Below, piece by piece: positions 51,794 through 62,148 of a stretch of 64,000 nucleotides of DNA. The DNA is from Candidatus Tepidifontimicrobium thermophilum. Its GTDB lineage: Bacteria > Sysuimicrobiota > Sysuimicrobiia > Sysuimicrobiales > Sysuimicrobiaceae. Each line of letters opens with the position of its first letter. The stretch's first letter is position 1. The notes under the pieces are model-generated. The model was not told where the DNA came from. It did no database searches and saw only the letters and a list, made by a program, of their open reading frames with translations. Both the position numbers and the translations under genes were made by a program. The stretch covers positions 1 to 64,000 of the forward strand of contig JAVKHO010000007.1 of the NCBI GenBank assembly GCA_031459915.1. The letters are read 5' to 3'.

Positions 51794-52585
51794 GTGCGGA
51801 TCCTGGTCACCAACGACGACGGCATCGACTCGGAGGGACTCCACGCCCTCGTGCGGGCCTGCGAGCGCGTGGGGGAGGTGACGGTGGTGGCCCCCCACCA
51901 CGACCGGTCCGCCAGCGGGCATGCCATCACCCTCCACAAGCCCCTGCGGGTGTCGCCCGCGAGGATCCCGGGCTCAGGTGCCGTGGCGTGGGCCGCCACG
52001 GGGACACCCGCGGACTGCGTGCTCCTGGCCGTGTACGGGCTGCTCCCGGCCAGGCCCGAGGTGGTCCTGTGCGGGATCAACCTGGGTCCCAACATCGGAC
52101 ACGACCTGACCTACTCGGGCACAGTCTCCGGCGCCATGGAGGCCGCCATCCTGGGCATTCCCGCCATCGCGGTGTCCCTGGACGCGGAGCGGGACCCTCG
52201 GTACGAGGTGGCGGCCGCCTTCGCGGCCGCGCTGGCCGAGGAGGTGTGCCGGCGGGGGTTCCCTCCGGACGCGCTCCTGAACGTGAACGTGCCGAACCTG
52301 GAGGTGGGGCAGATCCGCGGAGTCCAGGTCACCCGGCAGAGCGCGCGGCGGTACCGCACCCGGCTGGAGCGGCGCACCGACCCCCGCGGCCGGCCGTACT
52401 ACTGGATCGCGGGGGAGCGGACCTCACCGGAGGGAGCAGAACCGGGGACCGATAGCCACGCCCTCAGTCACGGTTTCGTGTCGGTGACCCCTCTGCAGAT
52501 GGACCTGACTTCCCCGGCGCTCGTGTCCGCCCTCGGAGCGTGGGATCTGGACCGCCTCCTCCGGGGAGGATTCCCGACCTACTAG
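51794..52585 (+). CDS. surE: 5'/3'-nucleotidase SurE
   Basis: ILVTNDDGI, GTPADCV, GINLGPN, YSGTV, SVTPL. Confidence 0.97.
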   Translation: MRILVTNDDGIDSEGLHALVRACERVGEVTVVAPHHDRSASGHAITLHKPLRVSPARIPGSGAVAWAATGTPADCVLLAVYGLLPARPEVVLCGINLGPNIGHDLTYSGTVSGAMEAAILGIPAIAVSLDAERDPRYEVAAAFAAALAEEVCRRGFPPDALLNVNVPNLEVGQIRGVQVTRQSARRYRTRLERRTDPRGRPYYWIAGERTSPEGAEPGTDSHALSHGFVSVTPLQMDLTSPALVSALGAWDLDRLLRGGFPTY

Positions 52586-52664
52586 GCCGAACACAGGCCG
52601 AAGAACCCGGGCTTGTGGGCCGGGTTGGCGGCAGACGACGCAGCGGTCGACGGAGCAACGGGCC

Positions 52665-53366
52665 GTGCCCCTCATCGAGCTGGAAGGCGTCTACAAGGTC
52701 TACCCCGGCGGCCGGGTGGCCCTGCGTGACGTTTCCCTCTCCGTGGACGAAGGGGAGTTCGTGTTCCTGGTGGGGCCCACCGGTGCGGGCAAGTCCACCC
52801 TCCTGCGCCTCCTGTACCGGGACGAGCTGCCCACCCGCGGCCGGGTGCGGGTGGCCGGGTGGGACGTGCACCGGCTGCGACCAGCTCAAGTCCCGCTTCT
52901 GCGCCGGCATCTGGGCGTGGTGTTTCAGGACTTCAAGTTGCTTGCGGACCGCACCGTGTACGAGAACGTGGCGTTCGCCCTTCGGGCGGTGGGCACGCCC
53001 CCCGCGTGGATCCCCGCCCGCGTGCGGGCGGCCCTCGAGCTGGTGGGGCTGTGGGAGCGCGCGGACGCGTTCCCCCGTCAGCTCTCGGGCGGAGAGCAGC
53101 AGCGGGCCAGCATCGCCCGTGCCCTGGCGAACCAGCCCCGGATCCTGCTGGCCGACGAGCCCACCGGAAACCTGGATCCCGACACCTCCTGGGACATCGT
53201 GAAGCTGCTTTCGCGGATCAACCTGCGCGGCACCACGGTGGTCATGACCACCCACAACAAGACCGTGGTGGACATCCTGCGGCGTCGGGTGGTGGAACTG
53301 CAGGAAGGGCAGGTGGTCCGGGACGAGGTGTGGGGGAGGTATGCGAAGCCCCGCGCTGTTCCGTGA
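52665..53366 (+). CDS. ftsE: Cell division ATP-binding protein FtsE
   Basis: GPTGAGKST, GVVFQDFKLL, LSGGEQQR, ADEPTGNLDP. Confidence 0.95.
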   Translation: MPLIELEGVYKVYPGGRVALRDVSLSVDEGEFVFLVGPTGAGKSTLLRLLYRDELPTRGRVRVAGWDVHRLRPAQVPLLRRHLGVVFQDFKLLADRTVYENVAFALRAVGTPPAWIPARVRAALELVGLWERADAFPRQLSGGEQQRASIARALANQPRILLADEPTGNLDPDTSWDIVKLLSRINLRGTTVVMTTHNKTVVDILRRRVVELQEGQVVRDEVWGRYAKPRAVP

Positions 53367-53409
53367 ACGTCCCAAGGCCGTGTCCGGGGCCGGGCGGCCG
53401 GCGCGGAGG

Positions 53410-54306
53410 GTGTCGCGTCTTGAGGCCGCAGTTTCCTCTGTGGCGTTCCTGACCCGCGAGGGTGTGGTGGGGTTCTGGCGGAACGGCCTGATGTCCGTGG
53501 CCGCGGTGAGCTCCATCCTGGCGGCCCTGCTGGCCTTCGGCGGGGCCCTGGTGACCCTGTGGAACCTTCAGGCGGTAGCGGCGCGGGTGGAAGCCCAACT
53601 GGTGGTGGTGGCGTACCTGCGGGGCGGTCTTTCGCCGGCCCAGAGGGAGGGCGCGCGCCGGGCCGCGGAGCGGATCCCCGGCGTCCGGACGGTGTCCTTC
53701 GTCCCTCGGGAGGAGGCGCTGCGCAGGCTTGAAGAGGCCCTGGGCGGGGTGGAGCTGGCGGACGCGGTGAGGCAGAACCCCCTCCCGGACACCCTCGAAG
53801 TGCGGCCCGAGCAGGCCCAGGACCTCCGCCGGGTGGCCGAGGCCCTGCGGTCCGTGCCGGGGGTCGTGGAGGTGACCTACGGGGAGGACGCCACGGACCG
53901 CCTAGTGGGTCTGACCCGCTTGGTCCGGGGTGCGGGCGCGGCGGCTACGGGGGTCCTGGGGGCCGTGTCGGTGGTGGTCAGCACCAACGCCCTGCGGCTG
54001 ACGGTGCTGGCCAGGCAGCAGGAGGTGGAGATCATGCGGCTGGTGGGCGCCACCAGCTGGTTCGTACGCTGGCCCTTCCTGGTGGAGGGGCTGTTACAGG
54101 GGCTGGTGGCCGCGGTGTGCGCGTCCGTGCTGTGGACGGTTTTCTACCCGTGGGCCGTGGCGCGCCTACAGCAGGCGTGGCCTTTCCTCCCCGTGCTACC
54201 GGCCTCCCAGGTCGTCCTGCCCCTGGTGGCGAGCCTGCTGGCCGTCGGCACCGCGGTCGGGCTGTTGGGTGCCGCGGTGTCCGTGAGACGCTTTCTCGCC
54301 CGGTGA
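53410..54306 (+). CDS. ftsX: Cell division permease FtsX
   Basis: WRNGLMS, NPLP, EVEIMRLVGATSWFVRWPFLVEG. Confidence 0.94.
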   Translation: MSRLEAAVSSVAFLTREGVVGFWRNGLMSVAAVSSILAALLAFGGALVTLWNLQAVAARVEAQLVVVAYLRGGLSPAQREGARRAAERIPGVRTVSFVPREEALRRLEEALGGVELADAVRQNPLPDTLEVRPEQAQDLRRVAEALRSVPGVVEVTYGEDATDRLVGLTRLVRGAGAAATGVLGAVSVVVSTNALRLTVLARQQEVEIMRLVGATSWFVRWPFLVEGLLQGLVAAVCASVLWTVFYPWAVARLQQAWPFLPVLPASQVVLPLVASLLAVGTAVGLLGAAVSVRRFLAR

Positions 54307-55433
54307 ACCTCCGCGTCGTCCCCCTCCTCCTGCTCGCGGCCGCGGTGCTGCTGCCTTCCGGGGGTGCGCACGCGGGCCCGTACCAGGACCGCCGCAGGGA
54401 GCTGGAGCGGGTACGCCAGCAGCTCCAGCGGACGCGGCAGGAGCTGAGGCAGGCCCGCAGGTACGAACGGAGCGTCCTCGGCGAGCTGCAGCGCATCGAG
54501 CAGACGCGGGAGCAGCTGGAGCACGAGCTGCGGGCGCTCGAGGGCCGGCTGCGCACGGTGCGGGCCCGGGAGTCGCTCAGCCGGGTCCGGGAGGCCGCCT
54601 CCCGCAAACGGTTGGACAGCCTCCAGAGCCGTCTGGAGGAGCGGCTGCGGGCCATCCACCGCCGGGGGCGCGCGGGCTACGTGGACGTCCTGCTGGCCTC
54701 CGCGGACTTCCCCACCTTCCTCACGCGGCTCGACTTCCTCGGCCGCCTGGTGCGCCAAGACGCCGAGCTGGTGCGCCAGACAGAAGAGGAGCGGCGGCGC
54801 TGGGAGGCGCTGCGGGACCAGCTGGCGCGGGAGCGGGCGGAGGTAGAGCAGGTCCGGACGGACGTCGCGGAGCGGCGGAGGCTCGTGGCCGAGGAGGAAG
54901 CCCGCAAGCGCGCTCTGCTGGCCCGGGTCCAGAAAGAGCGGGCGGCGTACGAACAGTTGGTGGAAGAGCTGGAGGAGGACTCCCGGAGGCTGGAGGCGCT
55001 ACTCCAGCGGCTGGCGCCCGTCGGGGGAACCGGGTCCGGCCCGCGGTGGCGCCTGGGGTTCGGGCTGGCGTGGCCCGCGCGGGGCGCCATCACCTCCGGT
55101 TTCGGGCTGCGTCGGCACCCCCTGTTCGGGATCGTCCGCCCACACCACGGGGTGGACATCGCCGCGCCGTGGGGGACCCCAGTGCGGGCAGCCGGGGGAG
55201 GGACGGTGGTGTACGCGGGCTGGTTCGGAGGGTACGGTAAACTGGTCGTGGTCGACCACGGTGGCGGTGTGGCCACTCTCTACGGGCACCTGTCCTCCAT
55301 CCTGGTGTCCCTGGGACAGCGGGTCGGTGAGGGCGACCTCGTGGGACGAGTGGGGAGTACCGGGTACAGCACCGGCCCCCACCTGCACTTCGAGATCCGG
55401 GTGAACGGCCGGCCCGTGGACCCACTCCGGTGA
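54303..55433 (+). CDS. Coiled-coil M23 peptidase (EnvC-like)
   Basis: Signal peptide, long coiled coil, HHGVD, YGH, STGPHLHFE (intact Zn ligands). Confidence 0.93.
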   Translation: MNLRVVPLLLLAAAVLLPSGGAHAGPYQDRRRELERVRQQLQRTRQELRQARRYERSVLGELQRIEQTREQLEHELRALEGRLRTVRARESLSRVREAASRKRLDSLQSRLEERLRAIHRRGRAGYVDVLLASADFPTFLTRLDFLGRLVRQDAELVRQTEEERRRWEALRDQLARERAEVEQVRTDVAERRRLVAEEEARKRALLARVQKERAAYEQLVEELEEDSRRLEALLQRLAPVGGTGSGPRWRLGFGLAWPARGAITSGFGLRRHPLFGIVRPHHGVDIAAPWGTPVRAAGGGTVVYAGWFGGYGKLVVVDHGGGVATLYGHLSSILVSLGQRVGEGDLVGRVGSTGYSTGPHLHFEIRVNGRPVDPLR

Positions 55434-55472
55434 GCCGGGGAGGACACCGCCCACGTCTGTAAGGGGGTCTGG

Positions 55473-56678
55473 GTGATGAAGCGTGGCAACCCGGTGCTGT
55501 CGGGCCTGGCGATCGTGGTGGTGCTGTCCGTGGTGTTCTCCGCGGGGTACGCCCTGGGCCTGCGGCAGGCCTCCGCGGCGGACGCCCGCACGGAGGGGCA
55601 GCGGATGCTGCAGGTCCTGGCAGACCACCTGCAGCGCAGCTACATCCAGCGCAACCTGGATTGGCGGAAGCTGTACGACGGCGCCGCCCGCGGGATGCTG
55701 CAGGCCCTCGACGACCCCTACACCGCCTTTTTCGACGCGCAGGGCTACCGCAGGTTCCGCGAGGACTTCCGGGGCTTCTTCTACGGAGTCGGGATCTTCA
55801 TCGAGAAGAAGGACAGCAGGCTCCTGGTGGTGGCCCCGATTCCGGATACCCCCGCCGCCAAGGCGGGGTTGCGGGCCGGCGACCACATCACCCACGTGGA
55901 CGGAGTCCCCACTCGTGACATGCCCATCGAGGAGGCGGTGGCCCGGATCCGGGGGCCGGAGGGCACCACGGTGCGCCTCCGGATCCAGCGCGGGGACCGT
56001 ACCTTCGAGGTCTCCATCACCCGGGCGCGGATCGAGGTGGTGAGCGTGCAAGGGGAGGAGGCCCTCACCGACGCGGAGCGTCGGGTGGTACGGGATGCGC
56101 AGGCCGCCTACGTACGCATCCTGGCGTTCAACCAAGACACCGCGGAACGGTTCGCCGCGCAACTCCGGCGTGTCGAGGCCCGCAACACCCGCGGGCTTGT
56201 TCTGGACCTGCGCTTCAACCCGGGAGGGCTGGTGGACCAGTGCACCGCGGTGGCGGACTGGTTCGTTCCGAGGGGGCCCATCGTGCACGAGGTGGACCGG
56301 GACGGCCGGACCCGCACGGTAAACGCCACCCCGCGGGAGAAGTACCGCAAGCCCGTGGTGGTGCTGGTGAACGAGGGCACCGCCTCGTGCAGCGAGATCG
56401 TGGCGGGCGCTCTGCAGGACACCGGGGCCGGGGTGCTGGTGGGCCAGCGGACCTTCGGGAAGGGGGTCATCACCACCGTGGTGGACCTGCCCGGGGGCCG
56501 CGGAGCAACCATCACGACCGCCAAGTACCTCACCCCCAAGCGCCGGGACATCCACCGCAAGGGGATCCAGCCGGACGTGCTGGCGGGCGACCGGGTGGAG
56601 GGGAAGACCGACCGCGAGGTGGAGGCCATCCGGCTGGAGCAGCTGCGCAAAGCGGTGGAAGTCCTCCGGAACCGGTGA
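55473..56678 (+). CDS. ctpA: Carboxyl-terminal processing protease (S41A)
   Basis: DDPYT, PDZ, DLRFNPGG, TASCSEI, TFGKG. Confidence 0.93.
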   Translation: MMKRGNPVLSGLAIVVVLSVVFSAGYALGLRQASAADARTEGQRMLQVLADHLQRSYIQRNLDWRKLYDGAARGMLQALDDPYTAFFDAQGYRRFREDFRGFFYGVGIFIEKKDSRLLVVAPIPDTPAAKAGLRAGDHITHVDGVPTRDMPIEEAVARIRGPEGTTVRLRIQRGDRTFEVSITRARIEVVSVQGEEALTDAERRVVRDAQAAYVRILAFNQDTAERFAAQLRRVEARNTRGLVLDLRFNPGGLVDQCTAVADWFVPRGPIVHEVDRDGRTRTVNATPREKYRKPVVVLVNEGTASCSEIVAGALQDTGAGVLVGQRTFGKGVITTVVDLPGGRGATITTAKYLTPKRRDIHRKGIQPDVLAGDRVEGKTDREVEAIRLEQLRKAVEVLRNR

Positions 56679-56681
56679 GCT

Positions 56682-57869
56682 GTGACGAGAACCCGGCCGC
56701 CACGCCGTCGCAGGCGTCCTTCGGGCCCCTGGTTGTGGCTGTTGGCGGTGGCGGGTGCGGTGGCCGGGCTGGCTTTTGCGTGCACGCGGCCGCCGGCGCA
56801 GCGGCCCGCCCAGCTTCCCACGCCCCCGCGCGTGCAGACCTCGACACCGCCGCCGGCACCCGCCGGGTTGGACGCGGAGCCAGAGGCCGCAGCCCTGCGG
56901 GGGAAGGTTTTGGAGGCTCTGCCCGCGGGATCCCGCTGGGAGGCGCTGGGCAGCGAGGCGAGGCAGGACGGCTCCCTCGTCTGGCGGCGGGCCCGTTACC
57001 GGGTCCAGCTGCCGGCCGGCGCCAACGTTAAGGCCGCCACCGGTGCCCTGGTGAAGGCCGCCGAGGACGCAGGCGGAGTCCTGCTGGCCAGCCGTCCGGA
57101 AGGCCGTGGGCAAGTGCTGGAGGTGGGGCTGGAGCACCAGGGCAAGGTCTTGCCTGTGTTGCGGGTCCACCTGCGGCCTTCCGAGGACAAAAGCTCCCCG
57201 CAGGTCCGGGTCGCGGTGGTACTGGACGACGCGGGGATGCGGCTGGACGAGCTTGACCGCGCCCTGAGAGTCGGCCGGCCGTTGACCCTGGCCATCCTGC
57301 CGGGGCTCCCGCACTCGGAGGAACTGGCCCGCAGGGCCCGGCAGGCCGGCCTGGAAGTCCTCCTGCACCTGCCTATGGAACCGGAAGACCCCGAGCTGGC
57401 GTCTCAGTTGGGTGAGCTAGCCGTCCGGGTGGACATGGCGGAGGAGGACATCGTCCGCACCGTAAAGTCCGCCCTGCGGGCTGTACCCGGGGCGGTGGGG
57501 GTCAACAACCACATGGGCTCGAAGGCCACCGCCGATCCGAGGGTGATGAGGGCGGTGCTGCGGGCCCTGCGGGAAGACGGGATGTTCTTCGTGGACTCCC
57601 GCACCACGCCGAAAAGTTCCGCGGAGGTGGTGGCGAAGGAACTGGGGGTGAGGGTGGCCCGGCGTATGGTGTTCCTGGACAACGACCCTTCGCCCGAGGC
57701 GGTCCGGACCCAGATCCGGCAGCTGGTGGAACTCGCGCGACGCCACGGCAGCGCCGTGGCGATCGGGCACGCGAACCGGCCCCACACCGCGGAGGTGCTG
57801 GCGGAGATGGTGCCGGAGATGGAACGCGCGGGGGTCCGGCTCGTACCGGTGGGCGAGCTGGCGCGCTGA
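56682..57869 (+). CDS. Divergent polysaccharide deacetylase family protein
   Basis: VVLDDAG, LLHLPMEP, GVNNHMGS, FVDSRT, VFLD, AIGH. Confidence 0.92.
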   Translation: MTRTRPPRRRRRPSGPWLWLLAVAGAVAGLAFACTRPPAQRPAQLPTPPRVQTSTPPPAPAGLDAEPEAAALRGKVLEALPAGSRWEALGSEARQDGSLVWRRARYRVQLPAGANVKAATGALVKAAEDAGGVLLASRPEGRGQVLEVGLEHQGKVLPVLRVHLRPSEDKSSPQVRVAVVLDDAGMRLDELDRALRVGRPLTLAILPGLPHSEELARRARQAGLEVLLHLPMEPEDPELASQLGELAVRVDMAEEDIVRTVKSALRAVPGAVGVNNHMGSKATADPRVMRAVLRALREDGMFFVDSRTTPKSSAEVVAKELGVRVARRMVFLDNDPSPEAVRTQIRQLVELARRHGSAVAIGHANRPHTAEVLAEMVPEMERAGVRLVPVGELAR

Positions 57870-58069
57870 TCTTCCGGGATGCGGTGGCTACCGGGCCCCG
57901 CGGCGGCGCCGGGAGGAGTGGGGCGAAGGTTAGCGAAGCCTAGGTTGCTGGGTCGGGTCTGCCAGGCTGCAAACGCACGTTCGAAAGGGGGTGAGGTCCG
58001 TAGGGCAACGGAGCCTTCGTACACTCACGTGCGCGTGCACAAAAACTGCCAGCAAGGGGGGCTGATGCG

Positions 58070-59332
58070 ATGAGGAAGGCCAGAGCGACTTGGGCCGTCC
58101 TGGTGGCGGCGCTGGTCGCCGTCACGTCCTGGGCGGTGACCTATGCGGCTCCGGTCCGGATGGGGCCGGTGACGGACGACTGGGGCGTGGTCCGCGTGGC
58201 CCGCGGGCAGCCCATCGTGATCGCGTACTGGCTGGTGGTGGCTGGTCCCGACGCCAGCCTGGGGGTCGACAGCCGGCGCGGGATCGAAATCGCCATCGAC
58301 GACAAGAAGACGGTGGCCGGCCACCCCGTGCGGCTCATCGGAGAGGACACTGGGTGCAACGCGGAGGGCGGCACCACCGCGGCCACCAAGCTCGCCGCCA
58401 ACCGCCAGATCGTGGCTGCCATCGGCAGCAGCTGCTCCAGCGAGGCGGTCCCCGGGGCACCCATCCTGTGCAAGCAGGGCATCGTGACGGTCTCCCCGTC
58501 CAACACCGCGCCCAGGCTCACGGACCCCAAACGGGGCCCGGAGTACGCCTGCTACCTCCGCACTGCCCACAACGACCTGGTGCAGGGGCGGGCCGCCGCG
58601 CAGTTCGTCTACCACGTGTTGGGCGTGCGGCGGGCGGCCACCATCCACGACGGTAGCCCCTACGCGGAGGGGCTGGCGAACGTGTTCGCGGACGTGTTCA
58701 AGCGGCTGGGCGGCACCATCACCTCCCAGGAGGCCGTCTCGCCTACCGACACGGACATGCGTCCCGTGCTGACCCGGATCGCCGCCGGCAGGCCGCAGCT
58801 CATCTACTACCCCATCTTCATCGCCGCGGGCGGGCACATCACCCGCCAGGCGAAGGAAGTGGCGGGACTGGAGAACGTCAAGCTGATGAGCGCGGACGGC
58901 ACCTTCTCCCCGGACTTCTGGAAGGCCGCGGGGGAGGCGGCCCGCGGGGTGTACAACTCCAGCCCGGACCTGTCCGTGGAGGCCCTGGGGCCGAAGTACC
59001 AGCAGTTTTTGGACAAGCACCAGAAGAAGTACGGGGAAAAGCCCTTGAGCGCCTTCCACGCCCACGCCTACGACGCGGCCATGATGATCTTCGCGGCCAT
59101 CGAGAAGGTGGCGAAGAAGGACGCGCAGGGCAACACCTACATCGGCCGCAAGGCCCTACGGGACGCGCTGTTCGCCACCCGGAACTTCCCGGGGATCACC
59201 GGTAACCTCACCTGCAACCCGTACGGCGACTGCGCGGACCCGAAGATCGCCGTCTACCAGACCATCTCCGCGGACCCCGCGAAGTGGAACCCGGGGGTGG
59301 ATCCCAAGAAGGTCTGGTCCATGAAGAGGTAG
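58070..59332 (+). CDS. Branched-chain amino acid-type ABC substrate-binding protein
   Basis: Signal peptide; IGSSCSS, SPSNT, RTAHND..QG, YDAA. Confidence 0.92.
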   Translation: MRKARATWAVLVAALVAVTSWAVTYAAPVRMGPVTDDWGVVRVARGQPIVIAYWLVVAGPDASLGVDSRRGIEIAIDDKKTVAGHPVRLIGEDTGCNAEGGTTAATKLAANRQIVAAIGSSCSSEAVPGAPILCKQGIVTVSPSNTAPRLTDPKRGPEYACYLRTAHNDLVQGRAAAQFVYHVLGVRRAATIHDGSPYAEGLANVFADVFKRLGGTITSQEAVSPTDTDMRPVLTRIAAGRPQLIYYPIFIAAGGHITRQAKEVAGLENVKLMSADGTFSPDFWKAAGEAARGVYNSSPDLSVEALGPKYQQFLDKHQKKYGEKPLSAFHAHAYDAAMMIFAAIEKVAKKDAQGNTYIGRKALRDALFATRNFPGITGNLTCNPYGDCADPKIAVYQTISADPAKWNPGVDPKKVWSMKR

Positions 59333-59343
59333 GCGGCACGGTC

Positions 59344-59380
59344 GAGGGGGCGGGGGAGTCCGCGCTTCCCCCGCCCTCTC
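59344..59380. other. Strong intercistronic hairpin after the binding-protein gene
   Basis: GAGGGGGCGGGGGAG...CTTCCCCCGCCCTCTC; typical mRNA stabiliser/partial terminator position. Confidence 0.55.
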
Positions 59381-59406
59381 CTTTGCTCGGGAGGGAGGTC
59401 GGGAAC

Positions 59407-60483
59407 GTGGCGGCGGGCGCGTTGCGGCGGCCCGTAGCGAGGCGGCTGAACTTCGTGGACGCCTTCCTGTGGGCCTTCCGGCTCGCGGTCATCGTGGTCG
59501 TGGTGTGGGGGACGGTGGGGACCCTGCGCCTGGGCCGGTACACGGGGGAGCAGTGGGTGGACTTCGTGGTCTTCGGCCTCGCCCAGGGAGGGATCTACGC
59601 CCTCATCGCCCTGGGCTACACGATGGTGTACGGCATCCTGCGGATGATCAACTTCGCCCACGGAGAGGTGTTCATGAGCGGGGCCTACACCGCGTACTTC
59701 GTGGCTGCCCCCCTGGCGGCCTCGGGCTTCCTCGACCGGCACCCGATCCTCAGCCTCCTGCTGCTGGTGGCCGTGGCCGCGGCGGTGTCCACGGGGGTCG
59801 CGGTGCTGGTGGAGCGGGTGGCCTACCGGCCCCTGCGCCGGGCTCCGCGCTTGGTGCCCCTCATCACCGCCATCGGCGCTTCCTTCTTCCTCCAGTACGC
59901 GTTCCGGGGCCTGTACGGCTCGGGGTTCAAGGCGTACCCGGAGTTCCAGCTGTTCAAGGGCGAGTGGCAGATCCTGGGGATTGGCGTGTTGCGAACGCAG
60001 GCGGTGGTCCTGGCCAGCGCCGCGGTGCTGATGTTCGCCCTCTACCAGTTCGTGATGCGGACCAAGGTGGGCAAGGCGATGCGGGCGGTGTCCGAGGACA
60101 AGGACGCCGCGGCCCTCATGGGGATCGACGTGGACCGCATCATCGTGCTCACCTTCGCTATCGGGGGAGCCGCAGCGGGGGCAGCAGGGATCCTGTACGC
60201 GCTGGTGTTCAAGCAGGTGCACTTCTTCATGGGGTTCGTGCCAGGGATCAAGGCCTTCACCTCCGCGGTGCTGGGCGGCATCGGGAACATCCCGGGCGCT
60301 ATGCTGGGCGGCCTCTTCCTGGGCGTGGTGGAGTCGGTGGGGCCCGCCCTGTTCCTGGACGGGTTGGGGATCGTGGCGCCCTACCAGCTGAAGGACGTGA
60401 TCGCCTTCACCATGCTGGTCATGGTGCTCATCTTCCGGCCCCAGGGGATCCTGGGCGAGCGCCTCGCGGCTAAGAGGGCGTAG
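59407..60483 (+). CDS. livH: Branched-chain amino acid ABC permease (LivH-like)
   Basis: YALIALGYTMVYGILRMINFAHGE, GKAMRAV, GIKAFTSAVLGGIG. Confidence 0.92.
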   Translation: MAAGALRRPVARRLNFVDAFLWAFRLAVIVVVVWGTVGTLRLGRYTGEQWVDFVVFGLAQGGIYALIALGYTMVYGILRMINFAHGEVFMSGAYTAYFVAAPLAASGFLDRHPILSLLLLVAVAAAVSTGVAVLVERVAYRPLRRAPRLVPLITAIGASFFLQYAFRGLYGSGFKAYPEFQLFKGEWQILGIGVLRTQAVVLASAAVLMFALYQFVMRTKVGKAMRAVSEDKDAAALMGIDVDRIIVLTFAIGGAAAGAAGILYALVFKQVHFFMGFVPGIKAFTSAVLGGIGNIPGAMLGGLFLGVVESVGPALFLDGLGIVAPYQLKDVIAFTMLVMVLIFRPQGILGERLAAKRA

Positions 60484-60485
60484 CC

Positions 60486-62147
60486 GTGTGGCGTGTGGGG
60501 CTGGTGTTCGGCGCGGTAGCGTGGTTCGTGAGCCTGGTGGGCCTGGTGGAGGCCCTGCACGGCCGGTGGGTGGTGGACGGGGTTCTGTCCGCGGGCCAGG
60601 TGCTCCTCCTGGCGGTCCTGCTGGCCAGCGGCTGGACCGCGGCCCGCCGCTTTTCGGCAAGCCTTGTAGGCCGGCTGTGGGCCGGGCTGCTGGCGGGGGC
60701 GACGGTGGGGTTCTGCGTGGGCCTGCTGGTGTGGCTGCGGTCGCTGGTGGACCTGCGGACCATGTTCGTCAACGCCTCGCCGGCCCTGTTCCAGCTACTT
60801 TCTGGGGGCCAACCGGCGCGGGTGGCCTGGGCAGCCGCCGTGGCCGTTGGCGCAGGGGTGGGCCTCGTGGGTGGTGCGGGCGCGTGCACGCCTGCACGGG
60901 TAGTCCGGCCGATTCTGGTGGGGGCCGCGGCCGCGCTCAGCCTCGCGCTGTTCCAAGAGCTCGTGCTGCTGGTCCTGCAGCCCGAACCCCTCGCGCCGGT
61001 CCGGGACTGGCTGTTCGTGGCAGGCGGGGGACCGACCGCCCAGGGGATCGCGGCCACATTCGCGTTCTCTGCGGCCCTCGCGGCTCTGCGGCAGGCGTCT
61101 TGGGGTCGGGCGGGCAGGGTTGCCCTTCCCCCGAAGGCCCAGCGGGTGCTGTGGAGCTTCGTGGGCGTCCTGTTGCTGGCGGCCCTCCCGATCGCCGGCG
61201 GCCCGTTTGTGGCGCAGGTGCTGGTGATCGTGGGCCTGTACACCCTCATGGGACTGGGGCTTAACCTGGAGGTAGGGCTGGCGGGTCTGCTGGACCTGGG
61301 GTTCGTGGCGTTTTTCGCCATCGGTGCCTACACCGTGGGGCTTCTGACCTCGGTGGGCGATCACGGGATCGCCCACTGGTCCTTCTGGGCGGCAGTCCCC
61401 GTTGCGGTGCTGGTCTCCCTGATCGCGGGCGTGATCCTGGGGATCCCGGTACTGGGGATCCGCGGGGACTACCTGGCCATCGCTACCCTGGGGTTCGGGG
61501 AGATCGTGCGGCTGCTGGTCCTGTCCGACGCCCTGCGGCCTTGGTTCGGCGGATCCCAGGGGGTCCTGGCGATCCCGAAACCGGTGCTGGCGGGCTTCGA
61601 ATTTTCCGGACCGCAGCACCTGTACTACCTGACGGTGGTGGCGTCCGCGGTGGTGGCCTACGTGGCGTGGCGGCTGCAGGACTCCCGGCTGGGCCGGGCC
61701 TGGATGGCCATCCGGGAGGACGAGGACGTGGCGGAGGCGCTGGGGATCAACCTGGTGAGCGTCAAACTCCTGGCGTACGGCCTGGGCGCGGCCTTCGCGG
61801 GCGTGGGAGGGGCCATCTTCGCGGTGATGGTCGGCTCGGTGTTCCCCCACAGCTTCCAGCTGCTGATCTCCATCCAGGTACTGGCCCTCATCATCGTGGG
61901 CGGGATGGGCAGCATCCCCGGGGTGATCGTGGGTTCCGCGGTGCTCATCGGGCTTCCGGAGTTGCTGCGGGAGTTCGGCGAGTTCCGGTTCCTGGTTTAC
62001 GGAGCTGTCCTGGTGGCCATGATGCTGCTGCGGCCCGAGGGGCTGTTGCCCGCGGCGGCCCAGCGGCGGGAGCTGCACGCGGCGGAGGAGGAACCGGCGG
62101 GACTGGCCCGGACGCCCGTGGGTGCGGCCACGGAGGGGGGCGCCTAG
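60486..62147 (+). CDS. livM: Branched-chain amino acid ABC permease (LivM-like) with N-terminal membrane extension
   Basis: GLNLEVGLAGLLDLG, RGDYLAIATLGFGEI, GRAWMAIREDE, GGMGS. Confidence 0.9.
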   Translation: MWRVGLVFGAVAWFVSLVGLVEALHGRWVVDGVLSAGQVLLLAVLLASGWTAARRFSASLVGRLWAGLLAGATVGFCVGLLVWLRSLVDLRTMFVNASPALFQLLSGGQPARVAWAAAVAVGAGVGLVGGAGACTPARVVRPILVGAAAALSLALFQELVLLVLQPEPLAPVRDWLFVAGGGPTAQGIAATFAFSAALAALRQASWGRAGRVALPPKAQRVLWSFVGVLLLAALPIAGGPFVAQVLVIVGLYTLMGLGLNLEVGLAGLLDLGFVAFFAIGAYTVGLLTSVGDHGIAHWSFWAAVPVAVLVSLIAGVILGIPVLGIRGDYLAIATLGFGEIVRLLVLSDALRPWFGGSQGVLAIPKPVLAGFEFSGPQHLYYLTVVASAVVAYVAWRLQDSRLGRAWMAIREDEDVAEALGINLVSVKLLAYGLGAAFAGVGGAIFAVMVGSVFPHSFQLLISIQVLALIIVGGMGSIPGVIVGSAVLIGLPELLREFGEFRFLVYGAVLVAMMLLRPEGLLPAAAQRRELHAAEEEPAGLARTPVGAATEGGA

Positions 62148-62148
62148 C

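Noticed and set aside
57930..57943. Third DtxR-type box TTAGCGAAGCCTAG
   Set aside because: Only a partial match, no associated -35 element and no metal-related downstream gene.
57965..58000. c-di-GMP-I riboswitch suggested by GCAAAC...GAAA
   Set aside because: No GACGCAAAG junction or tetraloop-receptor stem.
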